A stretch of DNA of 64,000 nucleotides from NCBI GenBank assembly GCA_963758635.1, contig CAVWWD010000003.1, forward strand, positions 608,001 through 672,000. The letters run 5' to 3'. Shown piece by piece: positions 17,921 to 32,156 of the stretch (position 1 is its first letter; each line of letters begins with the position of its first letter). The notes beneath the pieces are model-generated. The model worked only from the letters and a program-made list of their open reading frames with translations, did not search any database and was not told the origin of the DNA. Source of the stretch: an uncultured Candidatus Rokubacteria bacterium. Its GTDB lineage: Bacteria; Methylomirabilota; Methylomirabilia; Rokubacteriales; CSP1-6. The position numbers were made by a program, and so were the translations under genes.

Positions 17921-19120
17921 CTACTTGATCAGCGTGACGAGGCGGAAGATCGGCAGGTACATGGCCACCACCATGCCGCCGATGACGATGCCCAGGAACA
18001 CGATCATCAGCGGCTCGAGCAGCGCGGTGAGCGCGGTGACCGCCGTGTCGACCTCGTCGTCGTAGAAGTCCGCGATCTTGGACAGCATGGCGTCGAGGGC
18101 GCCCGTCTGCTCGCCGACGTTGATCATCTGGGTGACCATCGGCGGGAACACGGACGAGGCGCGCAGGGGGTCGGCGAGGGTGCGGCCGGCGGTGACGGCG
18201 GCTCGGCACTGGAGGACGGCCTTCTCCACGACCTTGTTGCCCGCCGTCTTGGCGGTGATGCGAAGGCCTTCGAGGATGGGGACGCCGGAGGAGACCAGCG
18301 TGCCGAGCGTGCGCGTGAAGCGGGCCACCGCCACCTTGCGGATCAACGTGCCGAAGACGGGTGTCTTGAGCAGCATGGCGTCGATCGTGGACTTGCCCTG
18401 CTCGGTCTTGTAGTACTGCCGCACGGCGAACACGAGCCCGATCACGCCGAGGATGATGTAGATGAACTTGGTCTGGGCGAAGTCCGAGAGCCAGAGCACG
18501 ATCTGCGTGGGCAGCGGCAGGTCGGCGCCCAGGTTCTTGAACATCTTCGCGAACTCGGGGATGACGAAGGTCAGCATGAACAGCACGACGAGGAACGCCA
18601 CGCCGATGATCGTGGCCGGGTACACCATGGCCGCCTTGATCTTCCGCTTGAGGGCGGCCGCCTTCTCGATGTAGACGGACAGGCGCTGGAGGACCACGTC
18701 GAGGATACCGCCGGCCTCGCCCACCGCCACGAGGTTCACGAAGAGGTCGGTGAAGACCTTGGGATGCCGCTTGAGGGCGTCGGCAAGGGTCGAGCCGGAC
18801 TCGACGGACCGGGCCACGTTCGCGGTCACGCCCCGCAGGGTCTTCGAGTCGCTCTGCTCGGCGAGGATGTTCAGGCACTGCACCAGGGGCAGGCCGGCGT
18901 CGATCATGGTCGAGAACTGGCGCGTGAAGATCGCCATCTCGCGGTCGGTGACGCCGCCCCCGAACTTGGCGATGGTGCGTCCGCCCGCCTTCTCGGAGAT
19001 CTTGGTGACGAGGATCGACCGGTTGCGCAACTCACCGACGGCGGACGTCCGGTCAGTCGCCTCGATCTCTCCCGTGGTCACCCCTCGCGCTCCGCGACCC
19101 TGGTAGGCGAACACCGGCAT
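17921..19120 (-). CDS. pilC: Type IV pilus platform protein (GspF family)
   Basis: FTRQFSTMIDAGLPL, GEAGGILD, AMVYP, GEQTGALD, EPLMIV, AMYLPIF. Confidence 0.96.
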   Translation of the reverse strand: MPVFAYQGRGARGVTTGEIEATDRTSAVGELRNRSILVTKISEKAGGRTIAKFGGGVTDREMAIFTRQFSTMIDAGLPLVQCLNILAEQSDSKTLRGVTANVARSVESGSTLADALKRHPKVFTDLFVNLVAVGEAGGILDVVLQRLSVYIEKAAALKRKIKAAMVYPATIIGVAFLVVLFMLTFVIPEFAKMFKNLGADLPLPTQIVLWLSDFAQTKFIYIILGVIGLVFAVRQYYKTEQGKSTIDAMLLKTPVFGTLIRKVAVARFTRTLGTLVSSGVPILEGLRITAKTAGNKVVEKAVLQCRAAVTAGRTLADPLRASSVFPPMVTQMINVGEQTGALDAMLSKIADFYDDEVDTAVTALTALLEPLMIVFLGIVIGGMVVAMYLPIFRLVTLIK

Positions 19121-19162
19121 GAGTTCTCCCTCCTGGTGACGTCCCGGCTATCGTGAGGCGGC

Positions 19163-19247
19163 TCGTTGAGCCCCGCGCATCAGACTAATGCCGGGCGGTG
19201 GGACTGTAGAGGCCCGTGGCGGTTAGCCCATGCTGCGAGGTCATGAC
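19163..19247 (+). repeat. ~86-bp dispersed structured repeat, copy 1 (most diverged)
   Basis: TGAGCCCCGCGCATCAGAC.AATGCCG.GCGGTGGGACTGTAGAGGCCCGTGGCGGTTA...GGTCAT shared with copies at 31308, 36394 and 42604. Confidence 0.9.
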
Positions 19248-20382
19248 CGCCGGCCGAACGGCGATCCCCCGCCGCTCCCGGCGGCAGACGCGGGCGCCCC
19301 CGCGCCCCCGCCGGCCCGGTGGACTTCAGGAGCTGGTCGAGCTCGTCCGGGAGCGTGCTCCGGTTGACCGCCTCGTCGCGCGCGATCTTCCGCTTCTGCA
19401 CCGCGTCGCACAGCGACTGGTTCATCGTCTGCATGCCGAACTTCTGCCCGGCCTGCATGACCGAGTAGATCTGGTGGATCTTTTCCTCGCGGATCAGGTT
19501 CCGGATGGCCGGCGTGGTGACCATGATCTCGAGCGCCATCACGCGGCCCCGCCCGTCCGCGGTGGGGACCAGCTGCTGGGAGAGCACGCCTTCGAGCACG
19601 AGGGAGAGCTGGGCCCGCACCTGGCCCTGCTGGCTCGTCGGGAACACGTCGATGATGCGGTTCATCGTCTGCGCGCAGGAGTTCGTGTGGAGCGTGCCGA
19701 GGGTGAGATGGCCGGTCTCGGCGATCGTCAGGGCGGCGCTGATCGTCTCCAGGTCGCGCATCTCGCCGACGAGGACCACGTCCGGGTCCTGGCGGAGGAT
19801 GGACTTCAGCGCGTTCTTGAACGAGTGCGTGTCCGAGAACACCTCGCGCTGGTTCACCAGGCTCTTCTTGTGCTGGTGCACGAACTCGATGGGGTCCTCG
19901 ATGGTCATGATGTGGTCGCTGCGCTCGGAGTTGATCTTGTCGATCATCGCGGCGAGCGTGGTCGACTTGCCCGATCCCGTCGGCCCGGTCACGAGGACGA
20001 GGCCCTTGGGGCGGTCGGCCAGCTGCTCGACGATGGGCGGCAGGTTGAGGTCGGAGAACGACCGGATCTTGAACGGGATCACGCGGATGGCCGCGGCCAC
20101 CGCGCCCCGCTGACGGTACACGTTGCAGCGGAAGCGGGCGAGGCCCTGGATCCCGAAGGACAGGTCGAGCTCGTTCTCCTCCTCGAACTTCTGCTTCTGC
20201 CCTTCGTTCAGCACGCTGTAGGCGAGGCGCTGGGTGTCCTGCGGCGTCAGCTGCTCGAACTGGTTGAGCCCGACGAGGCGTCCGTTGAGCCGGATCTGCG
20301 GGTAGGTGCCGGTCGTGACGTGCAGATCCGAGGCTCCGCGCTCGATCATGATCGTCAGCAGGTCGTGCATCGTGGCCGCCAT
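19180..20382 (-). CDS. pilT: Type IV pilus retraction ATPase (true stop probably the TGA at 19241-19243, with a 1-base indel in a G run near 19305)
   Basis: ASDLH, GPTGSGKST, TIEDPIE, LRQDPD, AETGH, AIRNLIRE, GMQTM. Confidence 0.96.
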   Translation of the reverse strand: MAATMHDLLTIMIERGASDLHVTTGTYPQIRLNGRLVGLNQFEQLTPQDTQRLAYSVLNEGQKQKFEEENELDLSFGIQGLARFRCNVYRQRGAVAAAIRVIPFKIRSFSDLNLPPIVEQLADRPKGLVLVTGPTGSGKSTTLAAMIDKINSERSDHIMTIEDPIEFVHQHKKSLVNQREVFSDTHSFKNALKSILRQDPDVVLVGEMRDLETISAALTIAETGHLTLGTLHTNSCAQTMNRIIDVFPTSQQGQVRAQLSLVLEGVLSQQLVPTADGRGRVMALEIMVTTPAIRNLIREEKIHQIYSVMQAGQKFGMQTMNQSLCDAVQKRKIARDEAVNRSTLPDELDQLLKSTGPAGARGRPRLPPGAAGDRRSAGGHDLAAWANRHGPLQSHRPALV

Positions 20383-20391
20383 GCTCTCTCC

Positions 20392-22124
20392 CTATCCCAT
20401 CGTGACGCGGAGGACCTCGTCGACGGTGGTGACGCCGTCCAGGACCTTCTGGAGCGCGTTCTGGCGGAGGGTCTTCATACCCTGGGCGAGGGCCACCTCG
20501 CGGATCTCCGTGGTGGGGGCGTTGGCAGGATGAGCCCGCGCAGCTCCTCGGAGATCGGCATCACCTCGTAGATCGCCACGCGGCCCTTCATGCCCGTGAA
20601 GTTGCAGGCCGGGCAGCCCTTGCCCTTGTAGAACTGCACGCGGCCCAGCCCCTGCGGGACGTGGCCGTAGGGGGCCAGGGCCTCCTCGTCCGCCTCGTAG
20701 GGCTGCCGGCAGTCCTTGCAGATCTTCCGCCCCAGCCGCTGGGCCAGGATCACCGTGAGGGCGGAGGAGACCAGGAAGGGCGGGATGCCCATGTCGAGCA
20801 GCCGGGCCACCGTGGACGGGCAGTCGTTGGTGTGCAGCGTGGTCAGCACCAGGTGGCCGGTGAGCGCGGCGCGGATGCCGATCTGCGCCGTCTCGAGGTC
20901 CCGCGTCTCGCCGACCAGGATGATGTCCGGGTCCTGGCGCAGGAAGCTCCGCAGCGCGGCGGCGAAGGTGCGGCCGATCTCCTCGTTGACCTGGCACTGG
21001 TTGACGCCCTTGAGGTTGTACTCCACCGGATCCTCGGCGGTCATGATGTTCACGTCCGGCGAGTTGATCGTGTGGATGGCGGAGTAGAGGGTCGTGGTCT
21101 TGCCCGAGCCCGTGGGGCCGGTGATCAGGATCATCCCGTAGGGCTGGCGGATGGCCTTGCCGAACTGCTCGAGGCTCCAGGGGTCGAACCCGAGCAGCCC
21201 CAGGTCGAGCTGCAGCGCTTCCTTGTCCAGGATGCGCATGACCGTCTTCTCGCCGAAGATCGTGGGCAGCGTGGACACGCGCAGGTCGATCTCGCGCTGG
21301 TTGTAGCGCAGCTTGATCCGGCCGTCCTGGGGCAGGCGGCGCTCCGCGATGTCCAGGCTGGCCATGATCTTCACGCGCGAGGTCAGCGCCGCCTCCAGCC
21401 GCTTCGGCGGCGTTATGATCTCGTGCAGCACCCCGTCCATCCGGAACCGCACGCGGAATACCTTCTCGTACGGCTCGAGATGGATGTCCGACGCCCCGCG
21501 CCGGATGGCGTCCACGAAGATCATGTTCACGAGCCGGACGACCGGGGCCTCGTCGGCCGACTCCTTCAGCTCGAAGATGTCGAGCTTCGACCAGGTGTCC
21601 TCTTCGCCCTCCACGAGCTCGACGTCCTGGGAGCCTTCCATCTCCGAGATCACCTCGGCGATTCCGGACGCCTGGACGTCGTAGAGGCGGTCGATGGCCT
21701 TGCGGATGGCGCCCTGCGAGGCCACGACGGGCACGACCTGGAGGTTCGTCATGAAGCCGACGTCGTCCACCGCGAAGACGTTCGTCGGGTCGGCCATGGC
21801 CAGCGTGAGCTGGTTGGCGCGGCGCTGGATGGGCAGCACCTCGTACTTTCGGGCGATCTGGGACGGCACCAGCTTGAGGACTTCGCCGTCGATGTCGAGC
21901 TGCGAGAGCTGGATGGCCGGGATGCCATACTGCTTGGACAGGAAGGCGAACAACTGCTCATCGCTGATCAGGTTGAGCCGGACGAGGATCGAGCCGAGCT
22001 TCTCGTTGGTGCCCTTCTGCTCGGCGAGGGCGCGCTGGAGCTGCTCCTGATCGATCACGCCTTCTCTGACCAGGAGGTCGCCGAGCCGACGGCTGACGGG
22101 CTGTCCGAGTTTCGGTTCCGCCAT
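20392..22124 (-). CDS. pilB: Type IV pilus assembly ATPase; C-terminus split by an apparent frameshift near 20530
   Basis: MshEN-like RLGDLLV, AERRLPQDG, GPTGSGKTT, EDPVE, LRQDPD, CxxC pairs; terminal GMKTLRQNALQKVLDGVTTVDEVLRV lies in the next frame (ORF 20392..20997). Confidence 0.93.
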
Positions 22125-22162
22125 TTAGACCTTGCGGAGGGCGGCACCCCCCGGTCGCACGA

Positions 22163-22696
22163 TCATACTCCCGCCAGCTTCTTGAGCGTATTTGTAAAGG
22201 CTTTTTGGGCTTCCTCCTGGTACAGCACGAAAAGCACCTGCTTCAGGCTGGAGTTGCCGCCCTTCAAGTGCGTCACGACCGTGGTGAGCATGGCGTCGGC
22301 GGACTGCGCCGGTGAGACCCCGCCCGCCCCGCTCCCGAGGGCGGGAAACGCGATCGACGTCAGCCGATGCTTCTCGCAGATGGCAAGCGAAGATCGCGTG
22401 GCGGCGGCGATCTTCTCGACGTCCGGCTTCACCGCCGGTCCCATGGTGGCGGCGTGGATCACGTGGGTGGCGGGCAGGTTGCCGGCCACCGTCAGCACGG
22501 CCTCGCCGATCTCGATCGGGCCCTGCCGCACCGCGTCCTCCTCGATCACGGTGCCGCCCTTGCGCTTCATGGCGCTGGCCACGCCGGTGGCCATGAGGAG
22601 GTCGGCGTTGGCGGCGTTGACGATGGCGTCGACCTCGGACTCCGTGATGTCGCCCAGGGCGATCGATACCGTGGCCGGACCGATCTTCGCCTTCAT
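22163..22696 (-). CDS. Macro domain protein (ADP-ribose binding/processing)
   Basis: GDIT, DAIVNAAN, GEAVLT, VIHA, SIAFPALGSG. Confidence 0.9.
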   Translation of the reverse strand: MKAKIGPATVSIALGDITESEVDAIVNAANADLLMATGVASAMKRKGGTVIEEDAVRQGPIEIGEAVLTVAGNLPATHVIHAATMGPAVKPDVEKIAAATRSSLAICEKHRLTSIAFPALGSGAGGVSPAQSADAMLTTVVTHLKGGNSSLKQVLFVLYQEEAQKAFTNTLKKLAGV

Positions 22697-23538
22697 TGCG
22701 CGTCTCCGGTGATCCGAGGCCCCGGTGCCTCGACGCGGCGCACTTCGCTCTCGCGCGCCTTCACGCGCTCCCAGCTCTCGTCCAGGTCTTGCGCGGACGC
22801 GTCGGCCACCGCGCGGCCCTCGGCCCTCATCTCCGCCTCTACCTCCATGAAGCGTCGTGTGAACTTCTCGTCGGCCTGCCTCAGCGCGTCCTCCGCGTCC
22901 ATCCCGAGGAGGCGGGCCACGTTCACGATCGAGAACAGCAGGTCGCCGAGCTCCTCGCGGATGCGGCCGGCGTCTCCGGCGGCCACGCTCTCATCCAGCT
23001 CGGCCATTTCCTCGCGCACCTTCGCCCACGCCGGTTGCCAGTCGGTCCAGTCGAAACCCACACGTGAGGCCTTCGCTTGCAGGCGCTGGGCTCGGAGCAG
23101 CGCGGGGAGCGCGCGGGGGACGCCCTCCAGCGCGGATCGACGGGTCCCATCGGCCTTGCCCTCGTCCTGCTTGATGCGCTCCCACTGGGCGAGCGCCGCG
23201 CGCGCGTCGGCGACGGGAGCGCCGGCGAACACGTGCGGGTGGCGCCGGATCATCTTGTCGCAGAGCTGTGCGAGCACGTCGCGCATCGAGAACTCGCCCT
23301 GCTCGCTCGCGACCTGGGAGTGGAACACCACCTGGAAGAGGAGGTCGCCCAGCTCCTCCGCGAGCCCGGCCCGCGTGCCCGAGTCGATGGCGTCGAGAAC
23401 CTCGTACGCTTCCTCGATCAGGTACGGCTTGAGCGATTCGCGCGTCTGCTCGCGGTCCCACGGGCAACCGCCGTCGCCCCTGAGGCGGGCCATGATGGAG
23501 AGCAGAGACTCGAAGAGAGCGCCGGGGGAATCAGCCAT
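22693..23538 (-). CDS. mazG: Nucleoside triphosphate pyrophosphohydrolase
   Basis: GCPWDREQT, EEAYE, EELGDLL, RRHPHVF, second EELGDLLF domain; start MADSPG. Confidence 0.95.
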   Translation of the reverse strand: MADSPGALFESLLSIMARLRGDGGCPWDREQTRESLKPYLIEEAYEVLDAIDSGTRAGLAEELGDLLFQVVFHSQVASEQGEFSMRDVLAQLCDKMIRRHPHVFAGAPVADARAALAQWERIKQDEGKADGTRRSALEGVPRALPALLRAQRLQAKASRVGFDWTDWQPAWAKVREEMAELDESVAAGDAGRIREELGDLLFSIVNVARLLGMDAEDALRQADEKFTRRFMEVEAEMRAEGRAVADASAQDLDESWERVKARESEVRRVEAPGPRITGDAQ

Positions 23539-23642
23539 GGGACAGTCCTGGGAGCGCAATCGAGTATACACAAGCGCGGGCGGTCCTTGAAGGACTTCGA
23601 GCGGCGTGCTAGCCTGCGCCGGAGTCCACGAGGAGCGACGCG

Positions 23643-24131
23643 GTGAGTGAGGAAGAAGCGTTCAAGGTCACGGATCGTCGGCGGCGCGCGGACGACGAGG
23701 AGCCCGCGCCCAGCGTCGCATCCGCGCCGCCCCGTCCCGCCGAGACCGCGGCTCCGCCTCCGCGGCCCGAGGCGCTGCGCCCCGAACCCTCGCGGATCGA
23801 GTCGCCTTCCGCTCCACCGCCCGACGAGCTCGACCTGCAGGGCCTCTTCGTCATGTTCGCGAGTTCTGCGTTGATCGGCCTCGGTGCCGCCCCCGATCCG
23901 ATGACCGGGCTCCAGCGCATGGATCTCGACCAGGCCCAGGAGGCCATCGAGACGCTGCTGCTCCTACGAGTGAAGACGGAAGGCAATCGTACCGAGGCGG
24001 AGAACCGGCTGCTCGAGCAGATTCTCTACGATCTCCAGATGCGCTTCGTCCGCATCACCGAGGGAGGCGGCGCCCCTGGCCCGGGTGGCCTGGGTGGCGC
24101 GCCGCCGACGGGGCGAAGTCCCCTCAGGTAG
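23643..24131 (+). CDS. DUF1844-family protein
   Basis: FKVTDRRR N-terminus; ALIGLG..PDP, KTEGN.T..E.RLL..ILYDLQMRFV. Confidence 0.8.
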   Translation: MSEEEAFKVTDRRRRADDEEPAPSVASAPPRPAETAAPPPRPEALRPEPSRIESPSAPPPDELDLQGLFVMFASSALIGLGAAPDPMTGLQRMDLDQAQEAIETLLLLRVKTEGNRTEAENRLLEQILYDLQMRFVRITEGGGAPGPGGLGGAPPTGRSPLR

Positions 24132-24163
24132 CACCGCGGCCCTCGAGGCCAGCCCGCCGCCGA

Positions 24164-24814
24164 TCAGCGGGTGGCGATGATCAGCTTTCCTGGCTGGATC
24201 TCGAGCTCCTGCACCACCGCCGGCACTTGCCAGCGCATGATCCGTTGGCTCGTGGGGCCGAGCATCAGCGACAGGAGCCAGCCGCCCAGTTCCTGCTTGC
24301 CGAGCCGGAAGTTCGACAGTTCGATGCGCCCATAGGTACGGTCGCCCCGGAGCCCCCTCGCCTCGAGGAGCACCCGGCCCTTGATGGTGACCCAGATGGG
24401 GTAGTCGAGCCGGCTGTCGGAGATGTAGGGCAAGAGCTGGGCGAACGGAGGCCCCTGGAGGAGGTTCCGCAAGGGCGTCTGCCCCTGCATCTCGAGCTGA
24501 CCCGCCGTGAATCGCACCATGATGGGGTCGAACGGCAGGCCAGCGGCTTCGGCGAGATGGTTGGCCAGGAAGGCGTTGGCCTCTTGCTCCGTGATCACAA
24601 CCGGGTCCTGTCGAGACGAGCGACCGGACTGCCGGAGCACGAGCTCGTAGAGCTTCTGCTGGGCAGAGAGCCCGTCGGCCCGGCTGTACCGGGTTGGCTG
24701 AGTGTCGGGGGGGGCGGTGATGTTCCCGGACATGAAGATCAGGCCGAGGGCGGCCATGACGATCACCATGAAGATGACCAGGACCGCCAGGCACCCGAAG
24801 CAACCGAGCCTCAT
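24164..24814 (-). CDS. Hypothetical membrane-anchored protein
   Basis: GCFGC followed by an N-terminal TM; ITEQEANAFL pattern; coding-like codon bias. Confidence 0.65.
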   Translation of the reverse strand: MRLGCFGCLAVLVIFMVIVMAALGLIFMSGNITAPPDTQPTRYSRADGLSAQQKLYELVLRQSGRSSRQDPVVITEQEANAFLANHLAEAAGLPFDPIMVRFTAGQLEMQGQTPLRNLLQGPPFAQLLPYISDSRLDYPIWVTIKGRVLLEARGLRGDRTYGRIELSNFRLGKQELGGWLLSLMLGPTSQRIMRWQVPAVVQELEIQPGKLIIATR

Positions 24815-24890
24815 GCGGCGACATTAGCACTCCAAGCTCGATAGATATTAAGAGGTTTATAAAAAATTCCGCGCCAAGCCCCGATCAGCT

Positions 24891-24935
24891 ATTGACAGAG
24901 ATCAACTCATGAAATATAAGTAATCAACACTCAGA
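24891..24935 (+). promoter_or_regulatory. Sigma70 promoter of the heat-shock operon overlapped by two HAIR-like (HspR) operators
   Basis: TTGACA(24892)-N17-TATAAG(24915); ATTGACA-N7-ACTCATG (24891-24911) and TATAAGT-N7-ACTCAGA (24915-24935) versus consensus CTTGAGT-N7-ACTCAAG. Confidence 0.7.
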
Positions 24936-24973
24936 TATGGCCCGGCTGAGACCGGGACAATGACACGAGGAGG

Positions 24974-25438
24974 ATGGAGATGGCAATTCTCAGGTGGCGA
25001 ACGGTGGACCAGTCGATGGATCCCTTCCGTGAAGTGGCCGATATCCAGTCCGAGATGAACCGGTTGTTCAGCCTGTTCGGTCCCGCCAACGGGAGCATGC
25101 CCCGCGATCGGGCCTGGGCTCCCCCGATGGACATGGAGGAGACGAAGGACGAGCTCGTCGTGACCGCCGAGCTGCCCGGTGTGGAGGAGAAGGCGATCAA
25201 TCTCTCGATCACCGGCGACCTGCTCACCCTGAGAGGCGAGCGCATGGCCCGCGAGCCGAAGGCGGAGGGGTCGTATCGCGGTGAGAGGCGGTTCGGGCGA
25301 TTCGAGCGCACGGTGAGCCTGCCGTTCCCCGTGCAGGCGGACAAGGTCAAGGCGACGTACCGGGACGGCGTGCTCACGATCACGCTGCCCAAGGTCGAGG
25401 AGATCAAGCCGCGGGAGATCAAGATCGGAGTGCAGTAA
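24974..25438 (+). CDS. Small heat shock protein (Hsp20/alpha-crystallin)
   Basis: WAPPMD, AELPG, ERRFGRFERT, ATYRDGVLTITLPK. Confidence 0.95.
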   Translation: MEMAILRWRTVDQSMDPFREVADIQSEMNRLFSLFGPANGSMPRDRAWAPPMDMEETKDELVVTAELPGVEEKAINLSITGDLLTLRGERMAREPKAEGSYRGERRFGRFERTVSLPFPVQADKVKATYRDGVLTITLPKVEEIKPREIKIGVQ

Positions 25439-25519
25439 CGTGCGGCGACGGGCGGGGGGCGAGCGCTTCCCGCCCGTCGTCTCTTCGCGACCCAGATGAC
25501 CTCAACAGGAGAGTGAGAC

Positions 25520-27427
<1,908 letters not shown>

Positions 27428-27476
27428 GAGGGAACGGGCGGGCGCCGGGTGGTGAAGCCGGCGCCCGCCTCGACCG

Positions 27477-28484
27477 ATGATGCGCGACTACTACGCGGTG
27501 CTGGGTCTCGGAGTGGCCGCCACGCCGACGCAGATCCGGCATGCCTACCAGCGGCTCGCCCGCCGGTATTCCCCGGACGTGAATCTCTGGGACCGGGAGG
27601 CCCAGTCCCTGTTCGAGGAGATCTCCCAGGCGTATCGGGTGCTGAGCGATCCCTCGGCGCGCCAGCTCTACGACCGGCAGCCGGGGCCGCGCCCCGGTCA
27701 AGAGCGCGGCGCCGGCGAGCGGCGCGGGCGTCGCGGCGACGACCTGCACGTGCCGGTCGCGCTGACACTGGCCCAGGCCTACAGCGGGTTGACGCTGGAT
27801 CTGCCTGTCGACCGGCTCTCGCCGTGCGTGGCGTGCACCGCTACCGGCGCCCGGCCGGGCGCCCGCGCCGGCGCGTGCGGCCACTGCGCAGGCACGGGCG
27901 CCGTCTGGCGCCGGGACGGCGTCGTGGCCTCGCCCGAGCCGTGCCCGGCGTGCGACGGGTCGGGCCAGCGTGTGACCGAACCGTGCGATGACTGCCGGGG
28001 CCGCGGGGTGCGGACGGCCCATGCGGTGGTGCCGGCGGGGATCCCCGCCGGCGTCGACACCGGCGGTCAGATCCGTGTGCCCGGGGAAGGCCACGCCGGG
28101 CCCTTCGGTGGCGCCCGTGGCGACCTGGTCGTCCTCACCCGCGTGCACGACGATCCCTCATTCGCGCGCAAGGGCGACAACCTGCACTGCGATCTGACGG
28201 TGAGCGTGGCGGAAGTCCTGCTGGGTGCGCGCATCCCGCTCGCCACGCCCAACGGGCCGCTCGACCTCGTGCTGCCGCCCGGAACGCAGAGCGGCCAGAT
28301 GCTCCGCGTGCGCGGCAAGGGGATGCCGCGGCTCGCCGGCGAGGGCAAGGGGGACCTCTACGTCACCGCGCGGGTCGAGATCCCGCGCGACCTCGACGTG
28401 CGCACGCAGGAGATGGTGCGGGCGCTGGGGCGTCTCCTGCCCGGCCCGCGTGGCGGGGCGCCACGGAGGAGCGCGCAGACATGA
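27477..28484 (+). CDS. DnaJ-family protein with zinc finger; HPD motif replaced by SPD
   Basis: DYYAVLG...RRYSPDVN J-domain, CxxCxGxG repeats, DnaJ_C (GTQSG, GKGM, GDLYV). Confidence 0.88.
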   Translation: MMRDYYAVLGLGVAATPTQIRHAYQRLARRYSPDVNLWDREAQSLFEEISQAYRVLSDPSARQLYDRQPGPRPGQERGAGERRGRRGDDLHVPVALTLAQAYSGLTLDLPVDRLSPCVACTATGARPGARAGACGHCAGTGAVWRRDGVVASPEPCPACDGSGQRVTEPCDDCRGRGVRTAHAVVPAGIPAGVDTGGQIRVPGEGHAGPFGGARGDLVVLTRVHDDPSFARKGDNLHCDLTVSVAEVLLGARIPLATPNGPLDLVLPPGTQSGQMLRVRGKGMPRLAGEGKGDLYVTARVEIPRDLDVRTQEMVRALGRLLPGPRGGAPRRSAQT

Positions 28485-28867
28485 CCGACCGGGGCAAGCC
28501 GCTGTACATGATCGGCGTGGTGGCCGAGATGCTGAAGATGCACCCGCAGACGCTCCGGATGTACGAGAGGAAGGGGCTCATCCGCCCCAGTCGGACCGTC
28601 GGGAAGACTCGCATGTACTCGGTGGACGACGTCGAGGAGATCGCCCGGCTCGTGCGGCTCACGCGTGACCTCGGAGTGAATCTGGCCGGGGTCGAGATCA
28701 TCCTAAAGATGAGGAGCCGCATGATCGAGATGCAGCGAGAGATCGAGCAGCTCATGCACTACGTGCGGGAGGACGCTGCGCAGTCGTCGGACGGCCGGGC
28801 CCGCAACACGGGCGAGGCTCTTGTGCGCGCCGCGACCAGCCAGCTCCGACCGGTCGATCTCTTCTGA
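28481..28867 (+). CDS. hspR: MerR-family heat-shock repressor
   Basis: [40 protein letters not shown]; downstream of dnaK-dnaJ. Confidence 0.88.
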   Translation: MTDRGKPLYMIGVVAEMLKMHPQTLRMYERKGLIRPSRTVGKTRMYSVDDVEEIARLVRLTRDLGVNLAGVEIILKMRSRMIEMQREIEQLMHYVREDAAQSSDGRARNTGEALVRAATSQLRPVDLF

Positions 28868-28881
28868 GAGAGGACCATCAC

Positions 28882-31307
<2,426 letters not shown>

Positions 31308-31311
<4 letters not shown>

Positions 31312-31393
31312 TGACCCGCGCAGAATGCGGTAACCGCCACGGGCCTCTACAGTCCCACCGCTCGGCATTGGTCTGATGCGCGGGGCTCACTAG
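31308..31393 (-). repeat. 86-bp dispersed structured repeat, copy 2 (overlaps the lon stop codon)
   Basis: Near-identical reverse complement of the copy at 36394-36479; ends CTAATGACCCGCGCA...TGCGCGGGGCTCACTAG form an imperfect inverted repeat. Confidence 0.93.
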
Positions 31394-31480
31394 CGTAACG
31401 TCGTGCCGACACAGGCTGAAATCGGGAGTCCGATTCCGGGTTGCCGGGTCGGACTCCCGTCCGCTATCGTGGAAGCAGTC

Positions 31481-32156
31481 GTGCTGAGACGCCTCATCCT
31501 CGGCTCTTCCATGCTGCTCCTCCTCGGGCCCGCCCCTGGCGGCGCCGCACCTTCCTATCAGCTGACCGACACCGAAGGTGTGACCCACTTCACCAACGCG
31601 CCGACCGACCCGCGCTACCGCCGCATCGCCGGCATGTCGGGGACGGCCGTGGGGTGGCTGCGCATCCCCGAGGCCGCGCGCCTCCGCTACGCCGACGAGA
31701 TCGCAGGCGGCCGCTTCGCGCCATGGCGTGGATCAGGCGCTCGTCCAGTCGGTGATCAGGGTGGAGTCCGCGTTCAACCCGTGGGCCGTCTCCCCCAAGG
31801 GCGCGCAGGGCTTGATGCAGCTGATGCCGCAGACGGCCTCGTCGCTCGGGGTGCGGGACGCGTTCAACCCTCGCCAGAACATCGACGGGGGCGTTCGACA
31901 CCTTCGCTACCTGATCGACCGGTTCCCGGGCAACGTGTCGCTGGCTCTGGCCGCTTACAATGCCGGCGAGAACGCGGTCAACGCGTACCGCGGTGTCCCG
32001 CCGTATGCGGAGACCCAGGCGTACGTGCGCAAGGTGCTGGAGCTGGCCGGAGACAGCGGCGGCGCCACGCCCGGAGCCATCTACCGGACGGAGGATGCCG
32101 AGGGGACGGTGACGTACTCGAACGTCCCCCCGCCCAGTCGCCTGCGCATCCGCTGA
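31481..32156 (+). CDS. Lytic transglycosylase (SLT) with DUF4124-like segments; apparent frameshift near 31705
   Basis: Signal peptide and TDTEGVTHFTNAP in one frame; VESAFNP, GAQGLMQLMP, LAAYNAG, ETQAYV in the next frame. Confidence 0.82.

Noticed and set aside
22163..23538. Anti-phage defence island (MazG plus macro)
   Set aside because: Canonical two-domain housekeeping MazG, and no toxin, ADP-ribosyltransferase, nuclease or mobility genes nearby
24824..24850. CIRCE (HrcA) operator
   Set aside because: Only the left arm TTAGCACTC is present; the right arm after N9 reads TAGATATTA, not GAGTGCTAA
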